Below, piece by piece: positions 50,594 to 64,000 of a stretch of DNA of 64,000 bases. The stretch is taken from assembly GCF_009914755.1 (NCBI RefSeq), contig NC_060933.1; one strand, 5' to 3'. The DNA is from the human T2T-CHM13v2.0 reference genome, Homo sapiens. Below the pieces are notes generated by a model, which saw only the letters and a list, made by a program, of their open reading frames with translations, did no database searches and was not told the origin of the DNA. Position numbers and translations under genes: made by a program. Within the stretch, counting starts at the first letter, position 1. Each line of letters begins with the position of its first letter.

Positions 50594-51061
50594 TGTCAGG
50601 CCTCTGAGCTGAAGCTCAGCCATTGTAACATCTGTGACCTGCACATATATGTCCAGATGGCCTATAGGAGCCAAGAAGTCTGGAGCAGCTGAAAAACCAC
50701 AAAAGAAGTGAAACAGCCAGTTCCTGCCTTAACTGATAACCCACCTTACGACATTCCACCATTATGACTTGTTCCTGCCCTATCCTAACTGATCAATCAA
50801 CCTTATGACATTCTTCTCCAGGACAATGGGTCTCATGATCTCCCCACCATGCACCTTTTGACCCCTCCCCTGCCGACAACAGATAACCACCTTCAACTGT
50901 AGCTTTCCACTGCCTACCCGAGTCCTACAAAGCTGCCCCTCTCCTATCTCCCTTCGCTGATTCTCTTTTTGGACTCAGACCACTTGCACCCAAGTGAATA
51001 AACAGCCTTGTTGCTTACACAAAGCCTGTTTAGGTGGTCTTCTATATGGACACGCGTGACA
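50594..51061 (+). mobile_element. HERV-H solo LTR (LTR7C-like)
   Basis: TG...CA ends (tgtcaggcctctgagc...acacgcgtgaca), 468 bp, with a perfect 5-bp TSD gtatc (50589-50593 / 51062-51066). Confidence 0.9.
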
Positions 51062-51104
51062 GTATCATCATTTCCTGGCTGGTTGAATTCTTTTGGATGT
51101 ATAT

Positions 51105-51405
51105 TTTTTCTTTTTCTTTTTAACTGACAAATAATTGCATACATTTAGGGTGTATTTTGATGTTTTGCTACATGTATGCATTGTGGAATGATCAAATCAG
51201 GCTAACATTCATCTTTTCACATACTTATCATTTCTTTGTGGTGATAATCCACTTTTTTTTTTACCATTTTGAAATATACATTATTATTAACTGTACTCAC
51301 CTTGCTGTGCAATAGATCACCAAAATTTATTCTTTCTGTCTAGCTGAAACTTTGTACCCTTTGATTAACATTTGCCCATCCCCACTCACAGCTTCTGGTA
51401 ATCAC
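51105..51405 (-). mobile_element. L1MA-like 3' end
   Basis: ttgctgtgcaatagatc...gaaactttgtaccctttga. Confidence 0.65.
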
Positions 51406-52588
51406 TTCAATGTACTGTACATAATTTATTAACCTAATTTAATATTATAGACTTAGATTTATCCCAGCTTCTTCCTCCTCCTACTCCTCCACCTCCTCTT
51501 CCTTCTCTCACTCCTTTCCCTCCTCTTCTTCCTTTTTTTCTCTTCTGTTTCTCCGTCTCCTTTTGCTATTATAAGTAAGTATCAAGATGAACAACCTGGT
51601 ATCTAAATGTTACGCACATATCTGTGATTATTTCATCAGGATGAATTCCTAGATGAGGAATTACTAGGTTAGAAACCACATACATTAAAAAATGTACATA
51701 TTATCAATTGGCCTACAGCAAGTTTCTACTGATTACATTCTCTCCTAAGATATATGAGAATGGCAACTTTGGCCCTACCTGGCTATTACTATTTAAAACA
51801 TTTTTGACAGTTTGGTAGATATGTCCTTGTTACTTTAATTTGTATTTCTTTTATTATCAGTGGAGTTGAAAATTTTTATAAGCATATTGGTCATTAAACA
51901 ACATTTTTATGATTCATGTCCTATTAATAGATAATGTAATGAACTGTGCTTTGGAAAAGCATCTTTGTCATATTGAAGTCTTTTTCTCTGTTATAGTTTG
52001 TGTTTAGGTATAATATCTTTACGCAGATAAAGAGCTGTTCATGTTAATTTTTTTAAATTGCCAGTAGCTTAAATATTGTTGTCAGGAATGGAGAATTGTT
52101 TAATTACTATCTCTTAATTAGAACTAGCAGGTGGTAATGTGAAAATGCTCTCTTGTGGGAGGCAACATGGTTCAATGGAAAAAGCACTGGCCTTGGAACA
52201 AGTATTCCTGAATTCAAATCCCAGCTCTGTTGCTTGGGCAAATTACTTAACCTTCTGAGCCTCAGTTTCCTCTTCTGCAGAAATAAGGATAATGATACTT
52301 AAGTTACAGGATGTTTATGAGAATGAATTAAGATTCTATTTGAAAAGCAAGTGTATACTTGTTAAATATTCGGTTGTGTTTTCAGTAATGCTTTAAAAAA
52401 TAGTTCTTTTTTAAATATGTCCTGTGCATAACTTCTTTTAAAAAACAAAGTGTATTGTTTCTTCTTTTTAAAAACAAAATAAGATCATGAGTAGAAGATA
52501 TGGATACAGAAAAAAAAACAAGCTATCTATGATTTATAATCTGAAAGCAATCACTTAACATTTTGGGAATTTTGTTTTAAATCATATG

Positions 52589-52859
52589 TTTTTGTTTTTT
52601 TTTTTTTAAAGACAGGGCCTCACTCTGTTGCCCAGGCCACGACCTCCTAGGCTTAAGTAATTCTCCTGCCTCACCCTATCAAGAAGCTGGGTCTACAGAC
52701 ACATGCCACCACACCCTGCTAATTAAAAAAATTTTTTTGTAGAGATGGAAACTGCCTATGTTGCCCAGTCCTGGTCTCAAACTCCTGAGTTCAAGCGATC
52801 CCCTTGTCTTGGCCTCCCAAAGTGCTGGGATTACAGGTGTGAGCCACTGTGTCCAGCCT
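52589..52859 (-). mobile_element. Alu (AluJ-like) with an internal deletion
   Basis: cccaggcc joins to acgacctcctagg. Confidence 0.8.
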
Positions 52860-53116
52860 AAATCATTTCTTTATATGTAATAGTTTTTATAAATAATAAT
52901 TTAGACTGGATTCTCAGAATGGCCTTTTGTTTTAATACAGCTAAATCTTGGATTAGACATTCCCTGCAATAAATGCACTGCATTTATTGCATAAATGCAC
53001 ATAAAGGAAATCTCCAAGGACAAAAATAAAACAAATGACAATATTGTCAAACGTCAGTATGTGGAAATCAAAGTTAACACCGTGAGTAGTTGCTAGGTTT
53101 GTCCTGGAGGCAGATA

Positions 53117-53356
53117 CAGGTTGAGCATCCCTAATTTGAAAATCCAAAATCCAAAATGCTCTAAAATCAAACTTTTTGAGCACTGACATGACACTCAAAG
53201 TAAATGCTCATTGGAGCATTTTGGATTTCAGATTATCAGATTTGGGATGCTCAACCAGTAAGTATATAAATAATACAAACTTTCCAAAATGCAAAAATAT
53301 TCAAAATCTGAAATACTTCTGGTCCTGAGCATTTTACATAAGGGATGCTCAACCTA
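53117..53356. mobile_element. Tigger4a-like TcMar MITE
   Basis: TIRs caggttgagcatccct / agggatgctcaacct, TA flanks and an internal palindrome. Confidence 0.85.
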
Positions 53357-53611
53357 TACCAATATTAATCCTGGAAATAGGAGATTAAGCTTTGGGTTCC
53401 ACCAGCAGATAGGAGCTTGAACCTAAAGCTCCGACATTAAGAAATTGCTTAATAACCTGAAAGTGATAATCAATAGTATTCCATTGTTTTAAGCAAAAGC
53501 TAAGGCAAAAGTCTATCTGGAAAAAGGCTTGCCTAATCTAGTTCCTTCAGAAGCCAACAAAGAGTAAGATCAACGAAGTAACTGACACATGAATAGATAG
53601 ATATATTAATC

Positions 53612-55693
<2,082 letters not shown>

Positions 55694-57553
55694 CTCTGCT
55701 GCTGATACCCGGCAAACAGGGTCTGGAGTGGACCTTCAGCAAACTCCAACAGACCTGCAGCTGAGGGTCCTGACTGTTAGAAGGAAAACTAACAAACAGA
55801 AAGGACATCCACACCAAAACCTCATATGTACGTCACCATCATCAAAGACCAAAGGTAGATAAAACCACAAAGATAGGGAAAAAACAGAGCAGAAAAGCTG
55901 AAAATTCTAAAAATCAGAGCACCTCTCCCCCTCCAGAGGAACGCAGCTCCTCACCAGCAATGGAACAAAGCTGGATGGAGAATGACTTTGATGAGTTGAG
56001 AGAGAAGGCTTCAGATGATCAAACTTCTCCGAGCTAAAGGAGGAAGTTGGAACCCATCGCAAAGAAGCTAAAAACCTTGAAAAAAGGTTAGACGAATGGC
56101 TAACTAGAATAACCAATGCAGAGAAGTCCTTAAATGACCTGATGGAGCTGAAAACCATGGCACAAGAACTACGTGATGAATGCACAAGCTTCAGTAGCTG
56201 ATTTGATCAACTGGAAGAAAGGGTATCAGTGATTGAAGATCAAATGAATGAAATGAAGTGAGAAGAGAAGTTTAGAGAAAACAGAGGAAAAAGAAACGAA
56301 CAAAGCTTCCAAGAAATATGGGACTGTGTGAAAAGACCAGATCTACGTCTGTTTGGTGTACCTGAAAGTGACGGGGAGAATGGAACCAAGTTGGAAAACA
56401 CTCTTCAGGATATTATCCAGGAGAACTTCCCCAACCTAGCAAGGCAGGCCAACATTCAAATTCAGGAAATACAGAGAACGCCACAAAGATACTCCTTGAG
56501 AAGAGCTACTCCAAGACACATAATTGTCAGATTCACCAAAGTTGAAATGAAGGAAAAAATGTTAAGGGCAGCCAGAGAGAAAGGTCGGGTTGCCCACAAA
56601 GGGAAGCCCATCAGACTAACAGCGGATCTCTCGGCAGAAACTCTACAAGCCAGAAGAGAGTGGGGGCCAATATTCAACATTCTTAAAGAAAATAATTTTC
56701 AACCCAGAATTTCATATCCAGCCAAACTAAGCTTCATAAGTGAAGGAGAAATAAAATCCTTTATAGACAAGCAAATGCTGACAGATTTTGTCACCACTAG
56801 GCCTGCCCTGCAAGAGCTCCTGAAGGAAGCACTAAACATGGAAAGGAACAACCGGTACCAGCCACTGCAAAAACATGCCAAATTGTAAAGACCATCGAGG
56901 CTAGGAAGAAACTGCATCAACTAATGAGCAAAATAACCAGCTAACATCATAATGACAGGAACAAATTCACACATAACAATATTAACCTTGAATGTAAATG
57001 GGCTAAATGCTCCAATTAAAAGACTCAGACTGGCAAACAGGATAAAGAGTGAAGACCCATCAGTGTGCTGTATTCAGGAAACCCACCTCACGTGCAGAGA
57101 CACACATAGGCTCAAAATAAAGGGATGGAGGAAGATCTACCAAGCAAATGGAAAACAAAAAAAGGCAGGGGTTGCAATCCTAGTCTCTGATAAAACAGAC
57201 TTTAAACCAACAAAGATCAAAAGAGACAAAGAAGGCCATTACATAATGGTAAAGGGATCAATTCAACAAGAAGAGCTAACTATCCTAAATATATATGCAC
57301 CCAATACAGGAGCACCCAGATTCATAAAGCAAGTCCTTAGAGACCTACAAAGAGACTTAGACTCCCACACAATAATAATGGGAGACTTTAACACCCCACT
57401 GTCAGCATTAGATCAATGAGACAGAAAGTTAAAAAGGATATCCAGGAATTGAACTCAGCTCTGCACCAAGCGGACCTAGTAGACCTCTACAGAACTCTCC
57501 ACCCGAAATCAACAGAATATACATTCTTTTCAGCACCACATCGCACTTATTCC

Positions 57554-57555
<2 letters not shown>
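55694..57555 (+). mobile_element. Inverted 5' segment of the same L1 (end of 5'UTR, ORF1, ORF2 endonuclease)
   Basis: ORF1 C-terminus at 56328..56888 and EN at 56952..57419; ORF1 start codon reads ATA. Sharp strand switch at 55693/55694. Confidence 0.92.
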
Positions 57556-57557
<2 letters not shown>

Positions 57558-57588
<31 letters not shown>

Positions 57589-57828
57589 AGACAGAGTCTC
57601 ACTCTCTTCCCAGTGGCTGGATCTCAACTCACTGCAAGCTCTACTCTCCAGGTTCAAGTGATTCTTCTTCCTCAGCGTCCCAGGTAGCTTGGACTACAGG
57701 CACACACCACAACACCTGGCTAAGTTTTATATTTTTATTAGGACAGTGTTTCACCATATTGGCTAGGATGGTCTCGATCTCCTCACCTCGTGACCTGCCT
57801 GCCTCGGCCTCCCAAAGTGCTGGGATTA
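57558..57828 (-). mobile_element. 5'-truncated, diverged Alu (AluSc-like) with a pure 30-nt tail, inside the L1 TSD
   Basis: T30 followed by Alu body. The L1's right TSD agatatattaatctt lies at 57839-57853. Confidence 0.88.
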
Positions 57829-58186
57829 TTGATGTGACAGATATATTAATCTTATATGCAGCCACATTGCTGAACTCTCTTGTCATTTCTAATATTTTAT
57901 CTATACTCTCTGGGGCATAGACAGTAATATTTATTCTATAATGATAGTTTTGTTTTTTGTTTTCAAACCTTATTCCTTTAGGTTTTTTTTTCTCCTGCTT
58001 TACTGTACTGGCTAGGATACAGTGTTGGGTGGAGGTGGAGGTGGTAGGCATCCTTATCTTGTTTCCAGTCTTAAAGAAAATCTTTCTTTCTTCATTAAGA
58101 AGGAAGTTTGATATAGGTTTTTATTTGATAATCCTTGTTGGGTTAAGGAAGTTATCTTCCTGCATTATGCATAAATTAAAAATCAT

Positions 58187-58499
58187 GGACCGGGCATAGT
58201 GGCTCACGTCTGTAATCCCAGCAGTTTTGGAGGCTTAGGTGGGCAGATCACCTGAGGTCAGGAGTTCAAAAGCAGCCTGGCCAACATGGTGAAACCCCGT
58301 CTCTACTAAAAATACAAAAATTAGCCAGGCATGTTGGTGGGCACCTGCAATCCCAGCTAGTCGGGAGGCTGAGGCAGGAGAATCACTTGAACCCGGGAGG
58401 CAGAGGTTGTAGTGAGCCTAGATGGTGCCATTGCACTCCAGCTGGGTGACAGAGCGAGACTCTGTCCCCGCCCCCACCCCCCCACCAAAAAAAAGAAAA
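58187..58499 (+). mobile_element. Alu (AluSx-like) with a C-rich tail
   Basis: Full dimer with TSD-like aaaatcatgga/aaagtcatgaa. Confidence 0.88.
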
Positions 58500-58599
58500 G
58501 TCATGAATGGATGTTGGATATTATGAAATACAGTTTATGCATCTATTTAGATAATCATATGACTTTTCCCACTTATTCTGTTGGCATCTTGAATTATAT

Positions 58600-58768
58600 C
58601 AGGTAATAGCAAACTATGATTTGTGTTTATACAGACTGTGAGCTAAGAGTGGTTTTTAGATTTTTAAGGGATTATAAAAAATAAAACCAAAGAACAACAT
58701 GTGATACAGATGGCATGTGGTACACAAAGCCTAAAATATTTCCTATCAGAAGTTTGCTGACCCTTGGG
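58600..58768. mobile_element. MER58B-like hAT MITE fragment
   Basis: gagctaagagtggttttt...aagcctaaaatattt...gtttgctgaccct. Confidence 0.6.
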
Positions 58769-59016
58769 TTATGTTTTAGTATTCTAATGTTAAACCAGCC
58801 TTGTATTCCTGAAGTAAACCCAATGTAGTCGTGATGATTTTTTAAAAATATATTGCTGCACCCAATTTCTTAATTTTTCACTTGGGACTTTTAGATCTGT
58901 AGTCTTAATTGGAATTGTCTTGTAATGTATGTTTCTCCTACTGTCATCACTTTCTTGAAGTCAGGATTTTGCTAACATGAAAGGACTTCTCTTCCCACTC
59001 CAAACACAGAGAGTGG

Positions 59017-59432
59017 TGTCTTAGTGCATTTTGTGTTGCTATGACAAAATAGCACAGATGGAGTAATTAAATAACAGTAGAAATCTATTTCTCAAGGTTC
59101 TGGAGGCTGGCACCAATATCAAGTTGTGGCATCTGGTGAGGACCTTCTTTATGTGTCATCCCATGGCAGAAGGCAGAAGGGCAAGAGAGTGTGCTTGCAT
59201 TCTCTGGGGGAAGGAAGTAGGGAAGGGGGCCAAACCCATCCTTTTATAAGAAACCCTATTTCATCGGTTAATTTATAACTAACTCACTCCCATGATAACT
59301 TTATTAATTCATTTATGATGGCAGAGCCCTGATGACCTAATCACCTCTTAAAGGTCTCACCTCTCAGCACTGTTGCATTGGGGATTAAGATTTTAACACA
59401 TGAACTTTGGGAAACACATTCAAACCATAGCA
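59017..59432 (-). mobile_element. MST-family MaLR solo LTR
   Basis: tgtcttagt...cattcaaaccatagca with 5-bp TSD agtgg (59012-59016 / 59433-59437). Confidence 0.85.
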
Positions 59433-60624
59433 AGTGGAAACTAGAAAAAATATAACATGAATTTTGGGGTATATAGCCAAGCTTAAAGAGAGCAAAATAA
59501 TCAGGTTCAAGAAATAAAGAGGACCAAAACACCAAATGGTGAGGACTCAACACCAAATGATGAGAAGGAGCTGAACTCTAATTAGCTCATTGGGGTGTGC
59601 AAACCTAGCTGGAGGCCAGAGTTGATAATAATAATGTTAGGGAAATCTAGGCGTTAAGCCTCAGAGACTAGGAGAGATCTACCTGTGTAAAGCTAGGCAT
59701 CTGGAAGGGCTGCCCTACTATGAAATGTGGATGAGAAAATCTCTGCCTAGCAGCTACATGAGAATTTGACATCTACTCAGGACTGTGGGTGGGAAAAGTT
59801 ACTAAGGAAACTGGAACCTAGGCCTGTGCCACACACAGGGTCTTAGTTTACACCTTAATGATCCAAGGACTGTTTAGTTGAGATTTAATCTTTAAAATGG
59901 TACAGTCCAGTCACCAGTGTGACCTTGTAGAAGGAAACGTGAAAATGTTCAATTAGGGATGTTTCTGCATCTCAAAGAATACAGTCAAGACTTTTATAAA
60001 AAAATTCAATATTTGATAATAGAATTCAATATTACAAATCACACAAAAATGAATTACACATCAAATGAGAAAATTTACACTTTAGGTGGTAGAAATACTA
60101 GAAGAATTGAAATCAGCTAAACAGATACTTTAAGTGTTTTTTCAAGCATTCTAAGAGATAAGGTATGAATAGAAGTTGTAAGTTAAGACATGAAAATATA
60201 GTCATGGAGATTATGAACTCAGTGAACATTGGGTAGACATTGATGAAGTATATTAGCAAATTGTAAGAAAGCTGAGGAAATAACACATAATGCTCTCCAG
60301 GGGGACAAAATGATGGATAATAAGAAATTAAGAGGAAAGAAAAAGAGAATGAAACAGATTTAATAAAAGAATGAAAGTAGAGTACCATAAGCACCTATAA
60401 ACATAGTAATGAGATGACAGAATAACGAAGACAAAAGTAAGTCTTTAAAGTTATGGGAGAAAAAGGATTACTTACAGAAGAATAACAATTAGATCCTAAG
60501 AGTAATGACTTAATTCAAAATAACTTAATTGAGGTATAATTATAACAATATAATGTACACTTTAAATATATATAGCTCAGTGCCTTTTGACAAATGTATA
60601 CATTGTTTAACTACCACTACAGCA

Positions 60625-60824
60625 GTCTGAGCTCCCTGCTCAACCCTGCGGTTGGGGAGGGTGTTGGCAGGGTGCAAGATGGGCCAAGTCAGACCTGGCA
60701 AGTATGCCCTCAGGCAAGAGGCACATTTGTGGAGTGCACAGTGGTCTGAGCTCCCTCCTCAGCCCTGGGGTTGGGGAGGAGCGTTGGCAGGGTGCAAGAT
60801 GGGCCAAATCAGACCTGGCAAGTA
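60625..60824. repeat. About 80-bp imperfect direct repeat, period 119-120, in a GC-rich insert
   Basis: gtctgagctccct...ggcagggtgcaagatgggccaa..agacctggcaagta at 60625-60704 and 60744-60824. Confidence 0.9.
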
Positions 60825-61228
60825 CAGCCTACAGCCTACAGGAGAGCCTACAGATTCCCCTATAGCAGACTCAAGCACCAGTGCTAAGGGAGAAACCAGT
60901 GGGTGACTAGCAAGCACCCAGAGGTGTACCTAGGTTGTATAGTAAGTGTGAGTTTTTAAGAAACTGCCGAAATCTTTTTCAAAATTGGCTGCATGATTTT
61001 ACATTTCTATCAGCACTGTACGAAAGTTCCATTTGCTTCACATCCTGGTGAATACTTGGCACTGTCTTTAATTTTATCTGTTATAATGGGTGTATATGGT
61101 ATGTTTTTTGCATTTAATTTGCATTTACCTGATGATTAATTATGTTAATCATCTTCTAGTGTACTTAGTCATTCATATATGTTCTTTGTAAAATATCTGT
61201 TCAAACCATGTGATATTTGATTGATTGA

Positions 61229-61520
<292 letters not shown>

Positions 61521-62427
61521 AACATTTAATATTTTAAACTTTGGGTTGTTTGTCTTATTCATTGTAAAAATTCTTTCTATATTCTCTATATAGATTCTTT
61601 TTTCACATATATTAATAATATTATCTTTTAGTCTTTGGTTTGCTTTTTCATTTTCTTAACAGTATCTTTCAAATAAAAATTTTACATTTTGATGAAGTAT
61701 CCATATTCTAACTTTTATTGTTGTAGTTGATCCTTTTTATATTTCATCTAAGAAATGTTTGCCTACTATGATGTGAAAAAGATTTTACCTTTTTGACAAT
61801 TATATCAGTTAATTTTTATACATGGTGTGGTGTAAGGGTTGAAGTTTATTTTCTTTCCAAATAAATATTAAGTTATTCCTGTGCTGTTTAAAACATATGG
61901 TCCTTTTTCTATTGAATTACCTTGGCCCCTGTATTAAATCCTCTGTGTATGTATGTGTGTGTTTATTTCTTTATTACTGGACTCTGTCTCTGTTTCATTG
62001 ATCTATATGTCTTCCTTTTTGCTAATTCCACATTGTTTTAATTGCTGTGCCTTTATAGGATGCCTTGGAATTCATATTTTTAAGGTGCTGTAAGTCCTTT
62101 AACTTTGCTCTTTTTTTGGAACTGTATTTGCTATTTGGGTCCATTGAATTTCTATACAAGTTTTAGAATCAGATTGTCATTTTCTTGTAAGATATTAAGT
62201 TTACTGATACAGAGAGGCTTTATAACATTCCATTATTATATTTTTAATGCTTGTTGGATCTGTTGTGATAATTCCTCTTTCAGTCCTCATACTGGTAATT
62301 CATATTTTCTCTTTTCTCTAGTTAGGAGTTTATTAATTTTGTTGTTCATTTCAAAAAACATAAGCTTTGGCTTTGCTAACTTATTCTATTTTTTGTAATA
62401 TTTATTTCTGTTATTTTTATTATTTCC

Positions 62428-62555
62428 TTTTTTTTAGTTTTTTAAAATTTTACTTTAAGTTCTGGGATACATGTGCAGAACATGCAGGTTTGTTACATAG
62501 GTATACATTTACCGTGGTGGTTTGCTGTACTTATCAATCTGTCACATTTTAGGTT
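62428..62555 (-). mobile_element. Short L1PA 3' end
   Basis: tactttaagttctgggatacatgtgcagaacatgcaggtttgttac. Confidence 0.75.
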
Positions 62556-62599
62556 AGTTTAGCCCTTCTTTTTCTAGTTGTTAAGGGTTTAGCCTATTA

Positions 62600-62800
62600 G
62601 ATCAGGAATCAGCAAAATGTGACCCACAGGTCAAATGTAGTCCACTGTCCATATATAAAGTTTTATTGAAATGCTACTATGCCCGTTTATTAAAATATTG
62701 TCTGTGGCTGCTTTCTTACTACAATGGTAGATTTAAGTAGTTGCAACAGTGACCACGAGGCTCACAATGCCCGAAATATTGACTGTGTAGTTTTTACAGG
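62600..62800. mobile_element. MER58A-like MITE
   Basis: aaagttttattgaaa...ttgtctgtggctgctttc...agttgcaacag. Confidence 0.65.
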
Positions 62801-63454
62801 TATTGAATATTTTTTAGAACTTTATAAAGTCTCTGCTATTGGCTTATTAGGTATTTCTCTTTTTTACTTTTAGGGGCTGCTGTAGTGTTTATAATATACC
62901 TATTTCACCTATCACAGTCTATTTTAAAATAATATTATTTGACTTTATGTATAATACAAAAATCTTACAACAGTATACTTCCATTTCTTTTCTTTCATTC
63001 TCTTTGTGTTGTTGTCATAGATTTCAATTTTACCTGTATTCTAAACTCCATACTATATTGTTATCATTTCAACTTTTAATAGAAAATTAGATTTTAAAGA
63101 AATTTTAAAAATAAGAAAACAATTGTCTTTCATCATTGCCATATATATATATATATATATATATACCATTTTGATGCACACTTCCTTTATATAGACCCGT
63201 GTTTCCATCTAATGTGATTTTCCTTCTGCTTGAGGAACTCCCTTTAACATTTCTTGTGATACTTGTCTTTATTTTCGAAAGGTGTTCAGTATAGATGTCT
63301 GTGTTGACAGTTTCTTTTAGCACTTTAAATATGTTGTTCCCTTCTCTTCTGGTTTGCATTATTTCTGACAAGAAATACGTGTTCATTTTACCTTTGTTTG
63401 TCTCTATGTAATGTGTCTTTTTTCCCCCTCAGGTTTTGTAAAGGTTTTCTTTAC

Positions 63455-64000
63455 AAATTTTAATTTTTAATTTTTAATGTTTGTGGAAACTTAATAGGGT
63501 ATGTGTATATATTTATGGGGTACATGAGATATTTTTATACAGACATTCAATGTGTGATAACCACATCATGGTAAATGGGGTATCCCCTGCAACCGTTTAT
63601 CCTTTGTGTTGCGAACAATCCAATTATACTCTTTCAGTTATTTTTAAATGTATAATTAAATTGTTATTGACTGTAGCCACCTGTTGTGCCGTCAAATACT
63701 AGGACTTATTCAATCTTTCTCTCTTTTTTTTTTGCACCCATTAACCATCCCGACCTTCCCACACATTCCCCACTACTCTTCTCTGCCTCTGGTAACCATC
63801 CTTCTACTGTCTATCTCCATGAGTTCAATTGTTTGGATTTTTAGCCCCTCCAAATAAGTAAGAACATGCAATGTTTGCCTTTCTGTACCTGGCTTATTTC
63901 ACTTAACATAATGACCTCCAGTTCCATCTATGTTGTTGCAAATGACAAGATCTCATTCTCTCTTATGGCTGCGTAATACTCTATTGTGTATAAGTACCAC
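63455..64000 (-). mobile_element. L1MA-like 3' end, continuing beyond the window
   Basis: tatatatttatggggtacatgagat...cttaacataatgacctccagttccatc. Confidence 0.8.

Overview
Human genomic DNA (it carries an AluYb8, a human-specific subfamily) from the interior of a large + strand coiled-coil gene recognised from its peptide sequence as CCDC171 (C9orf93). Five internal coding exons (8138-8642, 9380-9496, 41601-41827, 42976-43158, 48516-48701) have canonical AG/GT ends and splice into one continuous open frame. The rest is intron dominated by transposable elements: a full-length sense L1PA6-like element, a rearranged L1PA4/5-like element, a complete THE1 provirus nested in an old L1 3' end, a HERV-H LTR7C solo LTR, a retroposed U6 copy, a hAT-Charlie fossil with a transposase remnant, MITEs, many Alus, and MIR/L2/L1M fragments. 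Apart from the exon-containing ORFs, almost all ORFs in the track are repeat-derived. I found no evidence of a new protein-coding system. The most interesting signals are structural. (i) An old MIR fragment sits inside a much younger L1 with no TSD or poly(A). (ii) A twin-primed L1 has about 1.2 kb replaced by a diverged Alu, all within one TSD. (iii) An AluYb8 with an extra internal duplication forms an inverted-Alu clamp around an in-frame exon. (iv) There is a 41-bp x3 nascent VNTR and an unexplained GC-rich duplicated insert. Repeat subfamily names come from recalled consensus diagnostics and need RepeatMasker/Dfam confirmation.
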